A stretch of 47,688 nt of DNA from a virus (IMGVR_UViG_3300032295_000293:1-47688), one strand, 5' to 3'. Positions 1 to 9,281 are shown, counted from the stretch's first letter. A program made the numbers and translations. The notes: a model not told the origin generated them from the sequence alone.

Positions 1-1
1 A

Positions 2-727
2 AACGCACAACCTAACATTACAAGCACTGGTACATTGACAGGATTAAGTGTTGCTAGCGGTGCTATTACTGCGACAACACCTATACTAATTACACAAACA
101 TGGAATAACTCTAGTGTTGCATTTACTGGTATTAGACAGAATATAACAAACACTAACAGTGCTTCTGGAAGCTATCTATTAGACTTGCAAGTTGGTGGAA
201 CAAGCCAGTTTACTGTAGGTATAGACGGTAATATTATAGTAGGACAAAGCGGTAATGGTAGCATTACGGCAAACGTATTGACAACAGGTGCAAATACTAC
301 TGCAGGATCAATAACAGGTAACTGGTCGTTGACTGCAGGATCAAGATTAAATGCAACATACGCTGACTTGGCAGAATACTATGAAGCTGACGCTCAGTAT
401 GAACCTGGTACAGTGTTAGAGTTTGGCGGTGACAAAGAAGTTACATTAGCACAAGACGGAACAGCAAGAGTTGCAGGCGTAGTTTCAACTGATCCAGCAT
501 ATGCAATGAACACAAAATGCCCGGGCATCGCAATAGCAATTGCCCTTCAAGGTCGTGTACCTACTAAGGTACGTGGCTCAGTACGCAAAGGCGACATGAT
601 GGTTAGCGCAGGCAATGGCTATGCAAGACCATGGAACAACCCACAAATGGGAACAGTTATCGGCAAAGCACTAGAAAACTTTGACGGAATCGAAGGCGTC
701 ATCGAAGTCGCAATCGGAAGATTATAA
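2..727 (+). CDS. Tail fibre/spike protein, C-terminal part (5'-truncated by window), ending in an intramolecular-chaperone-like domain
   Basis: Frame is open from position 2 (NAQPNITSTGTLTGLSV), so TTG at 35 is not the real start. Gly/Thr/Asn-rich, then ADLAEYY..PGTV..GVVSTDPAYAMN..ALQGRVPTKV..IGKALE, typical of C-terminal fibre chaperone (peptidase G2/IMC-like) domains. Confidence 0.75.
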   Translation, partial: NAQPNITSTGTLTGLSVASGAITATTPILITQTWNNSSVAFTGIRQNITNTNSASGSYLLDLQVGGTSQFTVGIDGNIIVGQSGNGSITANVLTTGANTTAGSITGNWSLTAGSRLNATYADLAEYYEADAQYEPGTVLEFGGDKEVTLAQDGTARVAGVVSTDPAYAMNTKCPGIAIAIALQGRVPTKVRGSVRKGDMMVSAGNGYARPWNNPQMGTVIGKALENFDGIEGVIEVAIGRL

Positions 728-740
728 TTAGGAAAACAAA

Positions 741-1265
741 ATGGCATCATACGTATATACAGGTAATGGAGTATCACAGCAATCAGCAATAATTGCTACG
801 GACAAGATTAGAATAGCAACTACGGGTGTAGGTATTCACGCGGTTACCGGTTACCCTAGAGTAGCAGGCACCGGAACAGCAACGGCAGCAACTAACAGTG
901 CAACAGTCACTGGAGTAAGTACTGCATTTGATACTCAACTTGAAGTTGGTGGTTGGATAGGTAACACAACTGGAACAACAGTTGGAATCATATCAAGTAT
1001 TGCAAACGCTACTAGTTTAACGCTTACTGCTAACGCAGGAGTAGCACTATCAAATGTTGCATACACTTATAATAATGCAGGTGTTCCTTACGCAATTGCT
1101 ACACAACAGTCAGCAATTTATTCTGCTAACGATAGCTTCAATAGTGTTTATTGTGGTCAAGGCAATGTAGTAGCATTTCTTACAACTGGAGCAAATGCAA
1201 GTGCAGGTACAGAGTTTAGTATTAGTGAACTTGGTATGCCTCACGCTAATACTGGTACAGAATAA
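741..1265 (+). CDS. Putative virion structural protein
   Basis: AGGA SD upstream. Ala/Thr/Gly-rich; module GTGTATAATNSATVTGVSTAFDTQLEVG resembles GTGTLYSATDTAYVTGIGTDLANTLSVG in 4046..5428. Confidence 0.6.
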   Translation: MASYVYTGNGVSQQSAIIATDKIRIATTGVGIHAVTGYPRVAGTGTATAATNSATVTGVSTAFDTQLEVGGWIGNTTGTTVGIISSIANATSLTLTANAGVALSNVAYTYNNAGVPYAIATQQSAIYSANDSFNSVYCGQGNVVAFLTTGANASAGTEFSISELGMPHANTGTE

Positions 1266-2320
1266 GATTTAGCTTGTGGCCAATTCAATATTTTACTAGG
1301 GTCACAATTAGCTATTTCAAACATTCTTTTACGATTGTGTAATAACATTTCAAATTGACTGTTCCATAAATCATATAACTCTTCAGGCGTCTTTGTATAA
1401 AGCGCCTGAATTTGTTTGACGACACTTTCGTAATGACAATCTAAGTCAACATTCTTAAACAAGTCTTTAGGAGTGTATAAGTCTAAACGTTCTAAGACTT
1501 TGTACAGTTCTCTTCCACCGTTAATTAAGAACGGTCGCATTCCAAATATAGGTTTCCATGTCTTTTCTGACAAGTGATAAGGATCATCGTGGTCTGTTTC
1601 ACTGGTTACAATTAAATAACTATCTTCCCAAATATCTAATTCACCTACTGAGCATAAGTCTTCCGGTCTAGTGAATCTAACATCACTTGAATGTTTGTCT
1701 TGGTCGGTAGTACCAGTTTTATTATCAATATCAGGGTAGTGACCTCTTTCAAATGTCACCCAACCCCTGTCTAATAAATTATTTTCAACTAGAGAGTTAA
1801 CTAACCATTCACGATGTATTCTAGGTTTTCTATTGTATGAAAGGTATAAATGTTTGGGTTGTTTGTTCAACATCAAACTATTTGTATCAACCTTAAGATT
1901 ATTATCTATGAACCAAGTAGGAATCCAAGAATGCCAGTGCTCATTAGAAAATCCTACAAATGAAGAACTATACCCTTTACTGGTAAGATAGTGATAAAAT
2001 TTCATATTATGATAAGTTATCCAATTATTTCCATCAATAGATCCGGCATACCAAACTTTGACATTTTTGCCTGTACCCAAACTTTCTACTAGATCAATTA
2101 GAGGTTTTGTTTTATCCCAATTAGCATTAAACCAAGTAAGGTTTACTAATACGTTATGTTCGTATGTAGAAATAGATTCAATTTCTCTTTTTAAATGATT
2201 AAGCCACTCTCGTTCAAATGTTCCTAATTCTCTAGGTTCACCTGTGTAATAAATTACATCAGTAGTGTTTTGATAGAAAATTTGATTTTCTAAGTTGTTG
2301 AATTCATAAACTTTAGCCAT
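1241..2320 (-). CDS. Glycosyltransferase-like protein (GT10/GT-B-like C-terminal motif), paralogue 1
   Basis: YLSYNRKPRIHR...SYLIVTSET...LSEKTWKPIFGMRPFLING; same motif set in 2713..3915 and 20655..21842. TATAAATA lies 5 nt before the ATG. Confidence 0.55.
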   Translation of the reverse strand: MAKVYEFNNLENQIFYQNTTDVIYYTGEPRELGTFEREWLNHLKREIESISTYEHNVLVNLTWFNANWDKTKPLIDLVESLGTGKNVKVWYAGSIDGNNWITYHNMKFYHYLTSKGYSSSFVGFSNEHWHSWIPTWFIDNNLKVDTNSLMLNKQPKHLYLSYNRKPRIHREWLVNSLVENNLLDRGWVTFERGHYPDIDNKTGTTDQDKHSSDVRFTRPEDLCSVGELDIWEDSYLIVTSETDHDDPYHLSEKTWKPIFGMRPFLINGGRELYKVLERLDLYTPKDLFKNVDLDCHYESVVKQIQALYTKTPEELYDLWNSQFEMLLHNRKRMFEIANCDPSKILNWPQAKSYSVPVLA

Positions 2321-2325
2321 GCTGA

Positions 2326-2339
2326 TATTTATATAAATA
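2326..2339. promoter_or_regulatory. Back-to-back T4-type late promoters (palindrome TATTTATATAAATA)
   Basis: Perfect 14-bp palindrome giving TATAAATA on both strands between the divergent genes starting at 2320 (-) and 2357 (+). Confidence 0.75.
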
Positions 2340-2356
2340 AGGTACGGAGTTAAAAA

Positions 2357-2728
2357 ATGGCATTTAAACTAGCACTTATTGAATTGGTAGACAGATACTG
2401 TATTGCACAGGTCAAACTTAGTATTCTTGGAAACAACCAAGAAGAATTTGATTTTTATAAAGAACAACTTAGTAGTGAGTTTGATATTTCTACAGTAGAG
2501 GCTGACTTAATAGAGTTGACTGATATTCATCGTAGAATATGGGAAATGGAAGATGACTTTAAAAAATGTGTAGTTGAATTAAAGTACCCATTAGAAGAAA
2601 TAGGTCGTAGAGCTATTCTAATACGTGATATTAACAAAGACCGTTATGCCATTAAAAATAGGATCGCAGAAAAACTGAACGATCCTATACGTGAAAAGAA
2701 AAGATATCACGATCAAGTCATTGGATAA
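2357..2728 (+). CDS. Helical protein, DUF6165-like
   Basis: GGAG SD. LIELVDRYCIAQVK..IHRRIWEMEDDFK..IRDINKDRYAIKNRI resembles the DUF6165 pattern (recalled, not searched). Confidence 0.5.
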   Translation: MAFKLALIELVDRYCIAQVKLSILGNNQEEFDFYKEQLSSEFDISTVEADLIELTDIHRRIWEMEDDFKKCVVELKYPLEEIGRRAILIRDINKDRYAIKNRIAEKLNDPIREKKRYHDQVIG

Positions 2729-3915
2729 TTGAACACTTTCTTGTTTGACAAGATATTAAAGTTGTGTTCAACGATAGTCTTGCAATTGATTAAAAACTCT
2801 TGCAATTCATTATCTTGCAAGTTACATAGTCTTTCGACTTCTTTTGCTATCTTATAACAACGTTTGCCTACATCCTGTTCATCATCATATGATTCATCTA
2901 TGTAAGGACTAAATGTTTTATAACCTAACTGTCTCAGCAATCTAAGTACACCCGGCACTGCTACAATTAAAAATGGTTGGCGATGTAACATGGGTTTGAA
3001 AGTCTTTTCACTTATTGCCCTACCCAATGTGTTTCCTTTCTGAGAAAACTCAGGACTGCACAATGTCTCTGTTACTACAGAAAAGTAAGTATCTTCATAA
3101 AATTGCTTATCTAAACTACCGTACTCTGCACCGCGCCAGTTATTAGCACCATTTACATCGGTGTCTATGTATAGTCTACCTAATTCTTTAATCTTATTTT
3201 CATTTTCTAATATAAGTTGGCACGCCTCAGTAGAATTATTAGCCCACTTTAACATTTCTATGAACATTTCAGCCATAGGAGGGAAATCTTCTGAACATGC
3301 GTTTAAGCTAACATGTCCGTGATGACGTACATTAAGTGATTCTAGTAATGTTACTAATAATAATCTATGTGGTCTCCATTGTCCATTCAATGATATAAAT
3401 TTTTTATTGTAGACTGATTTGGTTAGTGTATCTTTTGCAAAATCATAGCCTACATCCTTAATCTGCCGTGTAGCTACCATTTCAAATAGACTGATGAATT
3501 CGGAACGTATCTTTGGTAGATTGTATTTCTTACTGACAATCTCTATTTCTTGGTCAATATCGGCAGAATTAGTGAGGTATAAAATATTGTTTGGATCTAT
3601 ACCTGAACCTATTACAACGTCATGATAAATATCATCAATGACGTAATGATATGCTTCATGTACATTGGATATACATAGTGTTATTTCACCGTTTTTAATC
3701 TTATTGTATATGACTGTGCCTGCAAGTTTTTCTACAGTATGATGAAAAAACGCATCGCCATTTGTAAATTCTACATACCAGTAGTCTTTATCTTCCCAAT
3801 TTCTGACAGCTTGCCCGGGCCAAATACCGTGACGAATTTTAGGTTCTGGACCGAGCCCGTAGCGATTGTTATGTGTTTCTAAGTAAAAAAATTGTTCTTG
3901 GTTAATGACAGACAT
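2713..3915 (-). CDS. Glycosyltransferase-like protein (GT10/GT-B-like C-terminal motif), paralogue 2
   Basis: Start moved to ATG 3915 (MSVINQEQ), 5 nt after CTAAATA; the upstream part of the 613-aa ORF is antisense shadow of 4046..5428. Motifs KKFISLNGQWRPHR, TYFSVVTET, ISEKTFKPMLHRQPF, LGYKTFSPYIDESYD. Confidence 0.6.
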   Translation of the reverse strand: MSVINQEQFFYLETHNNRYGLGPEPKIRHGIWPGQAVRNWEDKDYWYVEFTNGDAFFHHTVEKLAGTVIYNKIKNGEITLCISNVHEAYHYVIDDIYHDVVIGSGIDPNNILYLTNSADIDQEIEIVSKKYNLPKIRSEFISLFEMVATRQIKDVGYDFAKDTLTKSVYNKKFISLNGQWRPHRLLLVTLLESLNVRHHGHVSLNACSEDFPPMAEMFIEMLKWANNSTEACQLILENENKIKELGRLYIDTDVNGANNWRGAEYGSLDKQFYEDTYFSVVTETLCSPEFSQKGNTLGRAISEKTFKPMLHRQPFLIVAVPGVLRLLRQLGYKTFSPYIDESYDDEQDVGKRCYKIAKEVERLCNLQDNELQEFLINCKTIVEHNFNILSNKKVFNYPMT

Positions 3916-3920
3916 AGCGA

Positions 3921-3961
3921 TATTTAGTGGCCATACGAAAATCTGTATTTTTTGATAAATA
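3921..3961. promoter_or_regulatory. Divergent late promoters
   Basis: CTAAATA on - strand (3921-3927) and GATAAATA on + strand (3954-3961). Confidence 0.65.
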
Positions 3962-3970
3962 AATGATACA

Positions 3971-4029
3971 TTCTCATAGGGAGAGTTTATGCAGTAACCC
4001 ACTGCGTAGCGGCTAGAACCCGCACATAA
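3971..4029 (+). ncRNA. Candidate structured cis-regulatory 5' leader RNA
   Basis: GC-rich patch with stems TTCTC/GAGAG, TATGCAGT-AACCC-ACTGCGTA and GCGG-CTAGAAC-CCGC between late promoter 3954 and the SD of the 4046 gene. Confidence 0.45.
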
Positions 4030-4045
4030 CATTAAGGAAAAACAA

Positions 4046-5428
4046 ATGGGACGTCCTCTAAAAATAGCTAAGGCCCAAACGGTCTTAACAGTAACAAACA
4101 CAACAGCAACAACCAACATAGTTACAGTGTCACAAACACTAGCTACCGTAGGTGTTATTGCAGGTATGCCTTTCGTACCAGCAACAACTACAGGTACAAA
4201 CTTAGTTGCAGGCACAACATATTTCATCTTGCAAATAACAGGTGCAAGTACATTCACTGTTTCTGCAACACCTCTAAACGCTAACCCAACATATACAGCA
4301 GTTACATTGACTACTGGTACAACTGCATCACAGTTGACAGTTGGTCTAGTTGACAGTGGTTTCAATAACCCTGATAACTCTAACACATCAGCACCTTCTG
4401 GTAGTGGTGAGACATTTGGTGTTGTTGGTGGTAATACAGGTCTATACGGTAAACAAACACTAACACGTGTTGCTATTGGTATTAATGGCACTGGTACATT
4501 GTATTCTGCTACAGATACTGCATATGTAACTGGTATTGGTACTGATTTAGCCAATACATTAAGTGTTGGTTCTGTGATTCAAGTAGCAAGCGCAAACATT
4601 AACGGTACAACAACAGATTACACTACTTTAGGTTTTGCAAATACAGTTCCTGGTTTAACGACAGTTGCTGTAGCTAATACACAAAATACAGGTAATATCA
4701 TTGGTACTTCAGGTAATGCTCAGACATTGATTGCTAATGGTACAGTAAGATTTACTGCTAACTTAGGTGGTCTAGTAGCTGGTCAAGTTTATTTTGTTAA
4801 AGCTATTGCAAACGCAGCCGCATTTACGGTTTCCACAACATTGGCTGGTGCAGAAGTTGATTTGTCAAATGCTACTGGTACTCCTGACGCTCAACAAGAC
4901 GTAGTTGAATTAGTTGCAAACGCCGCAGTTGCATCAACAGGCGCAGCCTTTATCTACGCTGATGACGAAGCCGGTTACATTGTTCGTCAAAAGGGTAAGA
5001 CAAAGTATTTGGTAACAGGTGGTACTACTGGTTTAACAGCACAGTGTTTCACTGCTAACGTTGCTAACACAGCGTTGACACCAAACACAATGAACATTCT
5101 TTCTACTAACGCAAGTTCAGGTACTGCCTACATTTCTTCATTGAATGATTACAACTCTGAAATATTCCCAGCGCAAGTTGCAGCCGGATCATTAGCAGGT
5201 GGCACAGTATATACAATTTACAGTGCAGGTACAACAAATTGGACAGCAGTTGGTGCGTATGCTAATATGACTGGTATCACATTCACTGCTACAGGTGCTG
5301 GATCAGGTACAGGTACTGCGGTTCTTGCTACAGTTAACCCTGATGTAATTGCTACATTCGGCAATGCGGCAGCGGCAAATACATATGCTGGCCAACCTAA
5401 CCCAATCGTAACTATCGCTAGTGCATAA
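4046..5428 (+). CDS. Virion structural protein (fibre/decoration-like)
   Basis: AAGGA SD and late promoter. Thr/Ala/Gly-rich, with two copies of a G-L-x-A-G-x-x-Y-F..F-T-V-S module. Confidence 0.65.
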   Translation: MGRPLKIAKAQTVLTVTNTTATTNIVTVSQTLATVGVIAGMPFVPATTTGTNLVAGTTYFILQITGASTFTVSATPLNANPTYTAVTLTTGTTASQLTVGLVDSGFNNPDNSNTSAPSGSGETFGVVGGNTGLYGKQTLTRVAIGINGTGTLYSATDTAYVTGIGTDLANTLSVGSVIQVASANINGTTTDYTTLGFANTVPGLTTVAVANTQNTGNIIGTSGNAQTLIANGTVRFTANLGGLVAGQVYFVKAIANAAAFTVSTTLAGAEVDLSNATGTPDAQQDVVELVANAAVASTGAAFIYADDEAGYIVRQKGKTKYLVTGGTTGLTAQCFTANVANTALTPNTMNILSTNASSGTAYISSLNDYNSEIFPAQVAAGSLAGGTVYTIYSAGTTNWTAVGAYANMTGITFTATGAGSGTGTAVLATVNPDVIATFGNAAAANTYAGQPNPIVTIASA

Positions 5429-5430
5429 TC

Positions 5431-5745
5431 ATGGCAACCTCAAAGACAGTTAAGTTCCAACAGACCGAAACTGAGGTTGCGGTTCTTCAAGTCCAAGTTG
5501 AAAACATCGAGCAAAAAGTCGGTGAGATCAAGGAGGATGTGAAGAGCCTTCGTCAAACTATTGAAGACCACGCCGAACAAAACCAGAAAACATTGAAGTC
5601 AATGGCTGACTCAAGTGCAAATGCACATAAAGCTATGTCTGATAAGATTTCTGCATTAGAGAAATGGCGATGGATGATGATGGGGGCGGGTATAGTTCTC
5701 GGTTCTCTAGGTTATGATACAATTGCAAAATTGTTAACACATTAA
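5431..5745 (+). CDS. Coiled-coil protein with C-terminal transmembrane helix (XhlA/holin-like architecture)
   Basis: Heptad-rich body followed by WRWMMMGAGIVLGSLGY. Confidence 0.5.
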   Translation: MATSKTVKFQQTETEVAVLQVQVENIEQKVGEIKEDVKSLRQTIEDHAEQNQKTLKSMADSSANAHKAMSDKISALEKWRWMMMGAGIVLGSLGYDTIAKLLTH

Positions 5746-5772
5746 AAAAAGCCCCGATTAAGGGGCTTTTTT
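5745..5772. terminator. Bidirectional intrinsic terminator
   Basis: AAAAAAGCCCC-GATTAA-GGGGCTTTTTT between convergent genes. Confidence 0.85.
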
Positions 5773-6165
5773 CGTTAGTATCTTTAATTTCTCTTGCACT
5801 ACATCAAAGTTAACTGTATTAAACAATCCAGGATGTAATGGTTTTGGATAATGTTCTTCTTGCACCCAAGCATATCCGCAATGTTCATCATTTAATATAG
5901 GCTTAAACTCATCGTCTACTGAACAGAAAAAAGTGTGATATGTAAATGTACCGTTGACAAATTTTTGTATAGGAACAAGCTTCCAATCTTTTTTCCATAC
6001 TTGCATTTCTTCATTACATTCACGTTCAAGACCTGCAAGCAACGTTTCATCACTTTCTATCTTTCCACCAGGCATACTCCAACTAGGATTCTTGTCTGTA
6101 CGTAACAGATAAAGATACCTAGAAGTATTTTTGCAATAAAAGAAAATGCCAGCAGACGTACTCAT
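5758..6165 (-). CDS. NUDIX hydrolase
   Basis: Nudix box PGGKIESDETLLAGLERECNEE. Start moved to ATG 6165 (MSTSAGIFF), 5 nt after GATAAATC, which removes the overlap with the upstream gene. Confidence 0.85.
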   Translation of the reverse strand: MSTSAGIFFYCKNTSRYLYLLRTDKNPSWSMPGGKIESDETLLAGLERECNEEMQVWKKDWKLVPIQKFVNGTFTYHTFFCSVDDEFKPILNDEHCGYAWVQEEHYPKPLHPGLFNTVNFDVVQEKLKILTKKAP

Positions 6166-6182
6166 ACAATGATTTATCTTTA

Positions 6183-7553
6183 TTAAATCACTATAGAATA
6201 ATCTCCTTGATCGTACCAACCTTCGAATGACTTCATCCATGCAGCCTCGGCAGGAACATATCTATACTGTACGTTTGTTGTTAAATTAGTAACGTATTCT
6301 ACGTCAGTGGCTTCATCGGCCGCAAATGAGACTTCCCATTCTGTTCCATTGTATTCAATAATGTCATTTGCTTGTGCAATTACATTACCCCAGGCAATAG
6401 TACTAGAGCCGGTATCACCTATGTTTTCTACAATCAAATATCGTCTACCGGGAATAGGTGCTGGTAGTCCAGCACCGGGGCCTGATGTTAATGGATTTAC
6501 AACCGCATCAACTGGATCTAATGTATTCTGTGGTAACGTGTCAGGGTCAATGTTGTACACTAATATGCGGTCATCTAAAGGATCTACCACTATAGTACCA
6601 ACAATCTCAGTATCCATATATGGATTCTGCAACCAAATTTGACTGATACCCGGTTGATATGCACCATACATGTTCAGTAATGAGGGCCAATACAGTGATG
6701 TATTTGGTGAGTTAGGTAACGTTAAGTTTTCATTAGACGGATCAAATGTTTGATTTGCAGGCAACAACTGTAACGTATTGTTCAATAGTAACAATTTATA
6801 ACCGTATGGTGTTATCTTTTGTCTAGTACCTAACAACAAATCATCATTTTGCGTAGCTTCAAGTGCATTGCCTTGGAAAATACTTGCGATAATCTTTTGA
6901 ATAACGCCCATCTTTTTCATCTTAGCACTAGTGCTTAACCATATTGGCATGTAGAACTTCCATGTCATAACGTCAATAGGATTACCAGTACCTTGTGGGA
7001 TACTACGACTACTGAATGTTAATCCATCTTGGTATACAACAGATAAAGATGTCCAATCAATAAAGTTATCAGTACTTTGAATTTCCAATGATGGGTTGAA
7101 CAACGTACCTAGTTGTTCTAATAACTCTAATTTTTGATTATAGTTTGTAGTCCAAAAGTCAACCGTAATTCGTAACGTATAAGGAACAGGCATTAGGCGT
7201 TCAATCGTAAATGCTTGTCCTTGTGTTGTTTCGTAGCTTTGTGTCGTTGCATTGTATGAGCGTTGTCTAACAGTCATCTTATCTACGTAAGTAGGGTCTT
7301 GTGTTCTACGTTGATCGTATTCAAGTCCACTGATATAATACGTAACTAATGGTGCGCTTGGCAAATTACTAGCACTGTTCTTGGCAATAATAGTACTTGC
7401 TTGACGACTGCTATCACCGTACATAATCGGTACACGAACTAATATGTCGTTGCCTGCAGGATCTTTTCCTTTGGTTACATACCATTCGCTAAAAATTTTA
7501 GCGAATTGTAGTAAGAACCTGCGTATTTGATTGTCGTAAAAGTATTGTGCCAT
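6183..7553 (-). CDS. Tail sheath stabiliser/completion protein (T4 gp15-like) with C-terminal extension
   Basis: YFYDNQIRRFLLQFAKIFS, VRVPIMYG, MPVPYTLRITVDFWT..QKLELLEQLGTLFNP match the gp15 pattern; adjacent to a gp14-like gene. Confidence 0.7.
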   Translation of the reverse strand: MAQYFYDNQIRRFLLQFAKIFSEWYVTKGKDPAGNDILVRVPIMYGDSSRQASTIIAKNSASNLPSAPLVTYYISGLEYDQRRTQDPTYVDKMTVRQRSYNATTQSYETTQGQAFTIERLMPVPYTLRITVDFWTTNYNQKLELLEQLGTLFNPSLEIQSTDNFIDWTSLSVVYQDGLTFSSRSIPQGTGNPIDVMTWKFYMPIWLSTSAKMKKMGVIQKIIASIFQGNALEATQNDDLLLGTRQKITPYGYKLLLLNNTLQLLPANQTFDPSNENLTLPNSPNTSLYWPSLLNMYGAYQPGISQIWLQNPYMDTEIVGTIVVDPLDDRILVYNIDPDTLPQNTLDPVDAVVNPLTSGPGAGLPAPIPGRRYLIVENIGDTGSSTIAWGNVIAQANDIIEYNGTEWEVSFAADEATDVEYVTNLTTNVQYRYVPAEAAWMKSFEGWYDQGDYSIVI

Positions 7554-7554
7554 G

Positions 7555-9258
7555 TTATTCTATTGGTGGTATTGGGTCTGGTGCCAAACGAAGTATTGTA
7601 GACAGACCCTGTGCCTGTGGAACTAATTTCTGTTCTTGTTGTAGATAAATTTCGTTATCGTTATTAATAAAGCCTGACAATAATGATTTATCATCGGAAG
7701 TGAAGCCTGTATCCGTTCTTACATTCTCGGAGATTCTGACCCACATTGTACCGTCCCAACGGAATAATAATTGCGGTAAATAGTCAGTACGTAAGAAATA
7801 GTCACCCACTTGCGGATTTTGCGGGAATGAAATACCAGTACCAGTTGGGTAACCGTTTGGTGCTTGACCATCTCCTGTTAAGTAACCAGCAGTGTAACCA
7901 AAATCTCTTGGACTGCTACGTGCAATATACTGATATCTAGGATCACAGTCAGCACGATAATCCATTTGCTGTGTAATGTCTCCTGTGAATCCAGGTAGTT
8001 CAGGGTTCTGATCGGCAGTTGCATATGTGTTGTCTGCTGTACCATATGGTCCTGTAACTGCACCTAAACTCTGAACAGACAGTATTACGTCACCTCTAAT
8101 AGGCCCAGATCCTGTATCTGTTCTTTCGGGGGCAGTTTCTACTAACTGTAAACTTGCTTGTACAAATTTATCTAATAGTTCAGCATTATCCATATCGGCT
8201 GTCATGTCCCATATGCTCTTTAGTGCGGCTTTAGAAACTTTGATGACAGGACTTGCGTTTTTGAAATTAGAATCACGCATCATTGCAACAGTACCAGTTG
8301 GTGCCGCGCTAGAAGTGTTAATGTTGATAGGTGGTGCAGGTTGATTTACTTTGCCTGATAACACACCATTCTCTTGATACAAACCATATGTAGGAACAAT
8401 ATACAGTTTGCTATTATCGTAACCCGATTTAGGCAGGATACGTTGTGCTTCCTGTAATGCCGCATTGTTAACTTGAATGTTCTTGTTGTAAGTTGACAAA
8501 ATATCTTTAAGATTGTCAGCGGTATCAAGTTGCCAATAGGTTGAATTTGGTGGCATTGTTCCTGCGGGAACTTGTGTGATCGCAGTGTAGTTCTTGTCAC
8601 CAAAAGAAATAACATATCCAGCTGGATATGTTTTTGTGCTATCCCATTGTCCAAGATAGGTGTCTTTGTTGACAGGCTCCTGTAATATTTGACTGAATTC
8701 TTGACTGTCAACTAAAGGTTCACACTTGATACGCCATAGATGCGGGAACCAAGTTTGACTAAAGCCTTCACTTGCATAATTGGTGTCTGTTATTTGCATG
8801 AATCTTTTCAATGCAACAGGTATATCTTCTTTTAACGGATTGTAATCTAATAAGTGTGGTAATTCAAGTACATCACCTACCATCAACTTGCGACCAATGA
8901 TATCAATCATGTCATTGTAGTGAATAGTAACGAAGATGATATCATTGTTTAAGAATAAACCAAACTGTGATAAGTCAAAATCTAAGTTCTGAACATTGTA
9001 ATGTCCACGAAGTCTATAGATGTTTGGATCATAAGTCCTGTCACGGTTCTCTAGGAACAACAGGTCTTGTATATTATTTGGATTTAAGCTATCATATTGG
9101 GGTTGAGTGTAATCAACACTAGTACCCTCATTTGTAGGACCCAAATATTTGTGAATGTACAAATCTGTACCACCCACAGTTAATTGTTCAGAAATGGTCC
9201 TGTCCAAAAAACGATAGTCGTTTTGTTTATTTTCGCGGTAAAGGCTTAATCTTGGCAT
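7555..9258 (-). CDS. Neck/head-closure protein (T4 gp14-like) with extra domains
   Basis: Start moved to ATG 9258 (MPRLSLYR), 4 nt after GATAAATA. VGGTDLYIHKYLG, DLSQFGLFL, GRKLMVGDVLELPH, WRIKCEP resemble the gp14 family. Confidence 0.6.
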   Translation of the reverse strand: MPRLSLYRENKQNDYRFLDRTISEQLTVGGTDLYIHKYLGPTNEGTSVDYTQPQYDSLNPNNIQDLLFLENRDRTYDPNIYRLRGHYNVQNLDFDLSQFGLFLNNDIIFVTIHYNDMIDIIGRKLMVGDVLELPHLLDYNPLKEDIPVALKRFMQITDTNYASEGFSQTWFPHLWRIKCEPLVDSQEFSQILQEPVNKDTYLGQWDSTKTYPAGYVISFGDKNYTAITQVPAGTMPPNSTYWQLDTADNLKDILSTYNKNIQVNNAALQEAQRILPKSGYDNSKLYIVPTYGLYQENGVLSGKVNQPAPPININTSSAAPTGTVAMMRDSNFKNASPVIKVSKAALKSIWDMTADMDNAELLDKFVQASLQLVETAPERTDTGSGPIRGDVILSVQSLGAVTGPYGTADNTYATADQNPELPGFTGDITQQMDYRADCDPRYQYIARSSPRDFGYTAGYLTGDGQAPNGYPTGTGISFPQNPQVGDYFLRTDYLPQLLFRWDGTMWVRISENVRTDTGFTSDDKSLLSGFINNDNEIYLQQEQKLVPQAQGLSTILRLAPDPIPPIE

Positions 9259-9281
9259 AAAGTATTTATCGTAGGTAAGGC

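Noticed and set aside
3963-4016. 17-codon uORF (MIHSHRESLCSNPLRSG) across the structured leader
   Set aside because: ATG is 1 nt after the promoter core, probably upstream of the TSS, and has no SD.
3971-4023. tRNA-like T-arm on the minus strand (GCGGGTTCTAGCCGC)
   Set aside because: No cloverleaf, D-arm or acceptor stem can be built; no tRNA was found in the window.
3916-4554. N-terminal 213 aa of the 613-aa minus-strand ORF
   Set aside because: Mostly antisense shadow of the 4046 gene (Val/Pro-rich mirror of Thr/Gly codons); a promoter-adjacent ATG at 3915 gives a length matching the paralogues.
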